Positions 50,181 to 64,000 of a stretch of 64,000 nucleotides of DNA are shown here, one piece after another. The translations under genes were made by a program, and so were the position numbers. The DNA comes from the human T2T-CHM13v2.0 reference genome, Homo sapiens. Within the stretch, counting starts at the first letter, position 1. Each line of letters begins with the position of its first letter. Location of the stretch: assembly GCF_009914755.1 (NCBI RefSeq), contig NC_060947.1, one strand, 5' to 3'. Below the pieces are notes generated by a model. The model saw only the letters and a program-made list of their open reading frames with translations, had not been told where the DNA came from and ran no database searches.

Positions 50181-50859
50181 TTTATAGGCATACTTTGGAG
50201 ATATTGTGAGCTGTGAGGTAAGAGCTAAATTTAATTATTCTGCATGTGGATCTCTCTAGTTGTCCCAGCTTCATTTGTTGAAGCATTGAATGGTCTTGGC
50301 TGTCAAAGTGTTTAAAGGCAATTTTCAAACAAGACATCTGATAGTATTATAAAAAGCAGCCAAAACTGTGCCAGGTTTCTTAAACCAGGACTTTAATTAA
50401 TTAATTAATATGAGAAGGGAATAATTGAAGAATAACAATACATATGCTGTGTGAATATGATTATAATTAAAACTTAGTAAGCATGAAATTAAACACTCAT
50501 AATGAATTATGTATATTTTGTTTCAGAGTATCTATAAGTAATTTATATGACAATATGTTCAGTTCTGACCATCAGCACCATGTGTTCCAGCAGTTCATTA
50601 ACTATTTTTATTTTTATTTTTTTCTGTTCTGTTTTTTTTAAATTTATTATTATTATACTATAAGTTTTAGGGTACATGTGCCCAATGTGCAGGTTAGTTA
50701 CATATGTACACATGTGCCATGCTGGTGCGCTGCACCCACTAACTCGTCATCTAGCATTAGGTATATCTCCCAATGCTCTCCCTCCACCCTCCCCCCACCC
50801 CACAACAGTCCCCAGAGTGTGATGTTCCCCTTCCTGTGTCCATGTGTTCTCATTGTTCA

Positions 50860-52659
<1,800 letters not shown>

Positions 52660-52662
52660 TTA

Positions 52663-53145
<483 letters not shown>

Positions 53146-53148
53146 CTA

Positions 53149-53268
<120 letters not shown>

Positions 53269-53358
53269 CTAGTTTAGTCTTGGGAGAGTGTATGTGTCGA
53301 GGAATTTATCCATTTCTTCTAGATTTTCTAGTTTATTTGCATAGAGGTGTTTGTATTA

Positions 53359-53814
<456 letters not shown>

Positions 53815-55672
53815 TCAGTAGTCATTGAGGAGCAGGTTGTTCAGTTTCCATGTAGTTGAGTGGTTTTGAGTGAGATTCTTAATCCTGAGTTCTAGTTTGA
53901 TTGCACTGTGGTCTGAGAGAGAGTTTGTTATAATTTCTGTTCTTTTACATTTGCTGAGTAGAGCTTTACTTCCAACTATGTGGTCAATTTTGGAACAGGT
54001 GTGGTGCTGAAGAAAATGTATATTCTGTTGATTTGGGGTGGAGAGTTCTGTAGATGTCTACTCGGGCTACTTGGTGCAGAGCTGAGTTCAATTCCTGGGT
54101 ATCCTTGTTAACTTTCTGTCTCACTGATCTGTCTAATGTTGACAGTGGGGTGTTAAAGTCTCCCATTATTAATGTGTGGGAGTCTAAGTCTCTTTGTATA
54201 TCGCTCAGGACTTGCTTTATGAATCTGGGTGCTCCTGTATTAGGGGAGTATATATTTAGGATAGTTAACGCTTCTTTTTAAATTGATCTCTTTACCATTA
54301 TGTAATGGCCTTCTTTGTCTCTTTTGATCTTTGTTGGTTTAAAGTCCGTTTTATCAGAGGCTAGGATTGCAACCCCTGCCTTTTTTTGTTTTCCATTTGC
54401 TTTGTAGATCTTCCTCCATCCTCTTATTTTGAGCCTATGTGTGTCTCTGCACATGAGATGGGTTTCCTGAATACAGCACACTGATGGGTCTTGACTCTTT
54501 ATCCAATTTGCCACTCTATGTCTTTTAATTGGAGCATTTAGTCCATTTACATTTAAAGTTAATATTGTTATGTGTGGATTTGATCCTGTCATTATGATGT
54601 TAGCTGGTTATTTTGCTCGTTAGTTGATGCAGTTACTTCCTAGTCTCGATGGTCTCTACATTTTGGCATGATTTTGCAGCAGCTGGTATCGGTTGTTCCT
54701 TTCCATGTTTAGCGCTTCCTTCAGGAGCTCTTGTAGGGCAGGCCTGGTGGTAACAAAATCTCTCAGCATTTGCTTGTCTGTAAGGTATTTTATTTCTCCT
54801 TCACTTATGAAGCTTAGTTTGGCTGGATATGAAATTCTGGGTTGAAAATTCTTTTCTTTAAGCATGTTGAATATTGGCCCCCACTCTATTCTGGCTTGTA
54901 GAGTTTCTGCCAAGAGATCCGCTGTTAGTCTGATGGGCTTCCCTTTGAGGGTAACCCGACCTTTCTCTCTGGCTGCCCTTAACATTTTTTCCTTCATTTC
55001 AACTTTGGTGAGTCTGACAATTACTTGTCTTGGAGTTGCTCTTCTCGAGGAGTATCTTTGTGGCGTTCTCTGTATTTCCTGAATCTGAATGTTGGCCTGC
55101 CTTGCTAGATTGGGGAAGTTCTCCTGGGTAATATCCTGCAGAGTGTTTTCCCACTTGGTTCCATTCTCCCCATCACTTTCAGGTACACCAATCAGACGTA
55201 GATTTGGTCTTTTCACATAGTCCCATATTTCTTGGAGGCTTTGCTCGTTTCTTTTTATTCTTTTTTCTCTAAACTTCCCTTGTCACTTCATTTCATTCAC
55301 TTCATCTTCCATCGCTGATACCCTTTCTTCCAGTTGATCACATCGGTTCCTGAGGCTTCTGCATTCTTCACGTAGTTCTCGAGCTTTGGTTTTCAGTTCC
55401 ATCAGCTCCTTTAAGCACTTCTCTGTACTGGTTATTCCAGTTATACATTCTTCTAAACTTTTTTCAATGTTTTCAACTTCTTTGCCTTCGGTTTGAATTT
55501 CCTCCCGTAGCTCGGAGTAATTTGATCGTATGAAGCCTTCTTCTCTCAGCTCATCAAAGTCATTCTCCTTCCAGCTTTGTTCCGTTGCTGGTGAGGAACT
55601 GCGTTCCTTTGGAGGAGGAGAGGTGCTCTGCTTTTTAGAGTTTCCAGTTTCTCTGCTCTGTTTTTTCCCCAT

Positions 55673-56580
55673 CTTTGTGGTTTTACGTACTTTTGGGCTT
55701 TGATGATGGTGATGTACAGATGGGTTTTTGGTGTGGATGTCCTTTCTGTTTGTTAGTCTTCCTTCTAACAGACAGGACGCTCAGCTGCAGGTCTGTTGGA
55801 GTACCCAGCCGTGTGAGGTGTCAGTCTGCCCCTGCTGGGGGGTGCCTCCCAGTTAGGCTGCTCGGGGGTCAGTGGTCAGGGACCCACTTGAGGAGGCAGT
55901 CTGCCCGTTCTCAGATCTCCAGCTGCGTGCTGGGAGAACCACTGCTCTCTTCAAAGCTGTCAGACAGGTACATTTAAGTCTGCAGAGGTTACTGCTGTCT
56001 GTTTGTTTGTCTGTGCCCTGCCCCCAGAGGTGGAGCCTACAGAGGCAGGCAGGCCTCCTTGAGCTGTGGTGGGCTCCAGCCAGTTCGAGCTTCCCTGCTG
56101 CTTTGTTTACCTAAGCAAGCCTGGGCAATGGCGGGCGCCCCTCCCCCAGCCTCGCTGTCACCTTGCAGTTTGATCTCAGACTGCTGTGCTAGCAATCAGC
56201 CAGACTCCGTGGGCATAGGACCCTCCGAGCCAGGTGCGGGATATAATCTCCTGGTGCGCCGTTTTTTAAGCCCGTCAGAAAAGTGCAGTATTCAGGTGGG
56301 AGTGACCCGATTTTCCAGGTGCCCTCCGTCACCCCTTTCTTTGACTAGGAAAGGGAACTCCCTGACCCCTTGCGCTTCCCGAGTGAGGCAATGCCTCGCC
56401 CTGCTTCGGCTCGCGCACGGTGCGCGCACCATCTGACCTGCGTCCACTGTCTGGCACTCCCTAATGAGATGAACCCGGTACTTCAGATGGAAATGCAGAA
56501 ATCACCCGTCTTCTGTGTTGCTCACGCTGGGAGCTGTAGACTGGAGCTGTTCCTATTCGGCCATCTTGGCTCCTCCCCCC
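55673..56580 (-). promoter_or_regulatory. L1 5'UTR bidirectional promoter (sense plus antisense); YY1 site retained
   Basis: CAAGATGGCCG YY1 motif at the 5' end; many CpGs retained. Confidence 0.75.
56128..56436 (+). CDS. L1 antisense ORF0-like open frame, 102 aa (expression unproven)
   Basis: MAGAPPPASLSPCSLISDCCASNQPDSVGIGPSEPGAGYNLLVRRFLS...; start codon in GCAATGG context. Confidence 0.5.
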   Translation: MAGAPPPASLSPCSLISDCCASNQPDSVGIGPSEPGAGYNLLVRRFLSPSEKCSIQVGVTRFSRCPPSPLSLTRKGNSLTPCASRVRQCLALLRLAHGARTI

Positions 56581-56647
56581 AGTTCATTAACTATTATGTT
56601 GTTTCTTTCCTACTACACAATTTTACTCTATTGCTCTATGCTGACTT

Positions 56648-57007
56648 CCCTCCTTCCTTCCTTCCTTCCTTCCTTCCCTCCCTCCTTCTCTCTTTCTTTC
56701 TTGCTTTCTTGCTTTCTTTCTTTTTTGAGATTGAGTTTCACTTTTGTTGCCCAGGCTCTAGTGCAGTGGCACCATCTCAGCTCACCACAACCTCTGCCTC
56801 CTGGGTTCAAGCGATTCTCCTGCGTCAGCCTCCCGAGTTGCTGAGATTACAGGCATGCACCACCAAGCCCAGCTAATTTTTGTATTTTTAGTAGAGATGG
56901 GGTTTCACTATGTTGGCTAGGGTGGTCTTGATCTCTTGACCTCGTGGTCTGCCTGCCTCGGTCTCCCAAAGTGCTGAGGTTACAGATGTGAGCCACCGCG
57001 CCCAGCC
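56648..57007 (-). mobile_element. AluS with (TTCC)n/(TTTC)n-derived tail
   Basis: Reverse-complement Alu dimer with a CT-rich simple repeat at 56648-56726. Confidence 0.9.
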
Positions 57008-57028
57008 TGATACGTTTCTTTATGACTA

Positions 57029-59805
<2,777 letters not shown>

Positions 59806-60721
59806 CATATTAATTTCTGGAGCTGAAATACTTCTTCTCCTCTTAGACTTCCACTCTTTCTGTTGCAATGCCTCTTGCAAGAAGTTTGTGCAGTTCTACT
59901 ATAGACATTTCTGTTTCTCCCTGCTTTTTTCTCTTTTCTCCAAATTTCTTCTTATCTTGTTTCTTTCCGTTCCATTGTCTTCTCTCATTATTTTTCTCTT
60001 TTTTTCTGCGCAATGCCCTTTGATTTGATCAATTTCTCTTTCTTTTGCTGTTTCTTTATGCCTGTTATGTGTGGTGAGCAAACCTATTCATTATCTCTCA
60101 TAGTGGAGGTAAAAGATTAACTTCGTAGCAACATCATAAAGGATTGCTCCAGGAAAGAAATTTACCATGACTAGCATTTTTTTTTTTTTATTTCTGGGTG
60201 TTGGGTTTTGCTTGATTTTAAACTTCCTTAGTCTTATATTGCCATAGCTGTGACCACTTGTTCTCACCTACAGGATTAGCCTGGAACCACTGACTTCAGA
60301 ATATAAGGTTATAAGAATCTCCATCAACACTCTGTGACTCAGCATCAAGTTACTTATGATGTGGCCCTGAAATTATGCTGCTTTAGATAAATCCTATTGT
60401 GTTTGTTTCTGATACTGGGTTCTCATCTTACTCGCAATTCTGGTAATTGGTTTTTAACACTGCTTTCTGTGCCTAAGTCTCTGTTACCTTGGTATCCTGC
60501 CTTATACCCCAGGATAGCTAGGACTCGAATTTTGTTTTGCTTCTGTTCATTCCTCCTTTTTACCTGGAGTCCTCTTCCCTGAATCCTACACCAATAGCCA
60601 GGTTCATGCTACTTGCTGATAGCTTACTTAGACTTCTGAGTCTTAGTCCCCTGAATTCCTTTTCTCTCAGCTCAGTTGGCCTATTGAGAGTTACCATTGC
60701 CATATAGCAGGTAACCTCATG

Positions 60722-60910
60722 CCCACTGTTCTCAAACTTCAATGTGCATAGAAATTACTTGTGGTATGTATTAAAATTTCAAATGTATGAGTTTTGTCAT
60801 CTGAGATTGCAATTCATTGTATTTTGTGGTAAAGCCCAGGGCTTTTCATTTTTAACAAGCTTTCCTGATTCTGATGCAAGTGGTCAGCACACCACACTTT
60901 GACAAACATT
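60722..60910. mobile_element. MER5-like hAT MITE
   Basis: cactgttctcaaactt...ttttaacaagc...tgattctgatgcaagtggtcagcacaccacactttgacaaacattg. Confidence 0.65.
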
Positions 60911-62042
60911 GTAACTTACAATTAAGGCTTACAAAGGAACTGTTTTCTCCTGCCTGTTGTCATATTATTTGGATGCTACTTCAAAATTAAACTTAGAGAT
61001 TAAAGGACTGGTTCTGTATGTATTCTACTGCCTGACATACAAGATGTTTTTACCTGTGAGGTATGCTGAGACCTCAAAAGCTGGATTCTGAATGAAAAGA
61101 GAGTAAGCAGAAGATGGAAAGGACCAGGCTCTGGTTCCAGAATTGGACCCCGTATGGGTGGCTTGAAGTTAAAATCACACTTTCCAAGGATGCATAGTAA
61201 ATGAGCTCTATTTGAGTTTGACCTGACAGGTACTGCTTAGTAGTTGCAGTTTTCAGCCAGGGACAATACTTGCATTACTTGCATTAAGGCATAAGGATTT
61301 TTGGTAATTTTAGTTTTTTTTTTTTTTTTTTTTTTGCCATCTGTGCAGTTTTGGGAAGATATCTAGCCAATAGCTGGGGATATAAAAAGTAAGGTCTGGC
61401 TTTTGAGATGAATACATTTTCAAGAACTAGGTAGGTGTTTTTGAAAAGGCCAAGAATACTGCTCAAGCAAGCATGGGAAAGCTAGAAAATATTCAACATC
61501 ATGGATATTTGTTGGTTTAGGCTGACAGCATTAATTTCCCTTTGTTATTTAGTACCTTAATTTAATTGTGTGGCATCACCTCTTCCCCACTGCATACAGT
61601 CTGGTGGGTCTATAGTTATGCCCCACTTCCTCCTCTAAGGGATGAGCAAGTGACCAAAATGAAGCTAACTTAAGACCTCCTTCCTGAACTTTGAAACGGG
61701 AAGAAAATAACGAACAAACAAGTCTTAGTGTATTTTATTCAAGCAAAGGGTCCAGTGCATACTCTGTTGTTTGTGACCAAAAGTCCTAACTGATAAATTA
61801 AAAAGAATAAGGCAGAAGCTGAGACAGAAGGACTGAGTAGCTATAATACAAGCTTGGGGAGAGATGGTTCTGAGGAGGAAGATAAGCATTTTGGAGGACT
61901 TGTGTGGGTCCAGGATTTGGTCTAGAAACACCAGAATTAAAAATGAGAATAAGACAACTAGTTTTAGATTTTACCTGTCGGTGATAATGGATTACTAATT
62001 TATTAGCAAGGTTGAGCTCACAATTTGAAGTTCTTTTGTATC

Positions 62043-62531
62043 TGCCGAGACCAGCTTGGCCATGCAGACCTTAACCCAGTGGCGCTAGAGGAATTAAAGA
62101 CACAGACACAGAAATATAGAGTGTGGAGTGGGAAATCAGGGGTCCCACAGCCTTCAGAGCTGAGAGCCTTGAACAGAGATTTACCCACATATTTACTAAC
62201 AGCAAGCCAGTCATAAGATTTACTCAAAGTATTCTTTATGGGAAATAAAGGGATGGGCCAAAATAAAGGGATGGGATCTGGCTAGTTATCTGCAGCATGA
62301 ACATGTACTTAAGGCACAGATCGCTCATGCTATTGTTTGTGGTTTAAGAACGACGTAAGTGGTTTTCCGCCCTGGGTGGGCCAGGTGTTCCTTGCCCTCA
62401 TTCCTGTAAACCAAAAGCCTTTCGGCGTGGGCATCAAGGCCATCATGAACATGTCACAGTGCTGCAGAGATTTTGTTTATGGCCAGTTTTTGGGCCAGTT
62501 TACGGCCAGATTTTGGGGCCTGTTCCCAACA
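62043..62531 (-). mobile_element. MER9 (HERV-K9/HML-3) solo LTR
   Basis: Reverse complement starts TGTTGGGAACAGGCCCCAAAATCTGGCC...CTGGCCATAAACAAAATCTCTGCAGCACTGTGACATG; TSD gtatc/gtacc. Confidence 0.88.
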
Positions 62532-63578
62532 GTACCTACAAAGAAATGGCTGGAAAAGGCAGAGACTGACAGGACCTAGCTTACCCTGATGAGCAGCTCT
62601 ATCTGGCCCCTTCTAATCATCTTTATTCACTTCTAGAAATCAAGCTATTCTGGATGGTATACTGAAATATGACTCTAGGAACAACAAGCAGAATGTGAAA
62701 ATGGGAACAGAAATACTGATTTGGCTCTTATAATCTATTCCCTATGAAATATGGTTGTCATGCTGAATTTTTTTCTGTGGGGTTGGAGGTTAAGATAGAG
62801 AATAAACAGATCTTAAAAATTGTGTTTATATTTATATATTCTGAGTAAAATTTATTGGCATTGCCTAACATGAGATATTGTTATGGCACAATGAAATGGT
62901 AGATCTAGAGATAAATGAGTTTTCATGCATGATTTTGTTTTGTTTGAAGTGAATAATTCCTACCAGTAAAGATTAAAAAAATGTTTAAGAGGAATTTTGA
63001 ATAATTATTGAGATATAAAAATATTTTGTAATTGATTTTATAATTCATATATCACTCTTCTTTTTACTAAAACTATATGTCTATAATACACTATTATATT
63101 TTTAAGATATTTATTTCAGATATTTTACTGTAGATGTATATATGTTAGAAATTTTAATGTAATTTTTCTCCCTTGTTGAATTATAAGAATGAATATAGAT
63201 GATCCAGAAAACCTTCTTCAGTTGTAGAAGCTATGTGATATTAAAGCACAAGTATTACTTGTGTTCTAAATACAGCCTCTGTTTAAAGGACAAGCCATTC
63301 ATGTGCACAAAGCCACAAACATTGAAGCAAGGGAAATAGGATGTAGTTCCTTGTCACTTCAGAATCTGAGGGTTTTGATGTATAAAGTCACTTGAATAGT
63401 GCTTTCTGCTCCTTAAGGAAAAGTTATAATTTGCCTTACCTTCAGTTTAATTTCACTGCTTGAACCTAGACTCAGATATTAACATAATGTTTCAGATCCC
63501 AAACCTTGCCTTTGTACCATCTGCTCTTTCATGGCTTTGTTCCTTCAGGCCTCCCGAGATTCACTGGATACACCTGAC

Positions 63579-63579
<1 letters not shown>

Positions 63580-63615
<36 letters not shown>
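63580..63615. repeat. (CA)n microsatellite
   Basis: Directly visible. Confidence 0.97.
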
Positions 63616-63617
<2 letters not shown>

Positions 63618-63717
63618 GTTTTCCAAGGAAACATAATAAACTAAAAGTCATTTGGGCATTTTTTTCTTCCTAGAACTTTTTAGCAGGTAGTTTTCTTCAA
63701 TTAAAAGGAAACTTTTT

Positions 63718-64000
63718 AGGTGGAGTAAGATGGCAGAATAGAAGGTTACATAATTTATCCCCCTTCTGGAAGACCAAATTTTAACAACTAACTACACACA
63801 AAAAGCATCATCAAGAACCAAAAGTCAGGTGAACAATCACAGTACCTGGTTTTAACTTTATATCACTGAAAGAGACACTGGAGAGAGTAGGAAAGATCAT
63901 CTTGAAGTGCCAACACCAACCGTCCTCCATCCCCTTGCAGTGGCCACATGACATGGATATTCCATGTGCTTAGGAGATGCAGAGCACAGCAATTGTGAGG
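63718..64000 (+). mobile_element. 5' end of an old L1 (L1PB/L1MA-type 5'UTR), runs off the window
   Basis: ggtggagtaagatggcagaatagaagg (YY1-like start); cacagtacctggttttaactt. Confidence 0.7.

Noticed and set aside
50185-50210. Tigger1-terminus-like 26-mer
   Set aside because: Too short to call confidently and no partner end nearby

Overview
This is eukaryotic DNA, hominid/human-like and AT-rich, made up mostly of transposable elements, with no intact host gene visible. Contents: (1) a full-length VDAC1 processed pseudogene (3213-4999, 12-bp TSD, 2-bp frameshift), which from memory fits the X-linked VDAC1P1 locus (not verified); (2) a U6 snRNA retrocopy; (3) about ten L1 copies, including two full-length primate L1PAs (10346-16470 +; 50607-56580 -); (4) a 17.7-kb two-LTR class I ERV (MER57-like, minus strand, 28214-45915) that sits inside a MaLR LTR and carries three L1 insertions; (5) a full-length Tigger1; (6) solo LTRs (MLT2A, MER9, LTR16-like), an MLT1 LTR with internal sequence, Alus, MIRs and microsatellites. 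I find no convincing new gene system. The most unusual signals are: neighbouring L1 copies of different subfamilies that share private variants, including two identical nonsense mutations; a copy of nearby flanking DNA pasted into the ERV primer-binding site; a twin-primed near-full-length L1 fused to a younger L1 across a deletion; and a 248-codon downstream ORF in the VDAC1 pseudogene. Subfamily labels and 'consensus' comparisons rely on recalled sequences, not on a database search.
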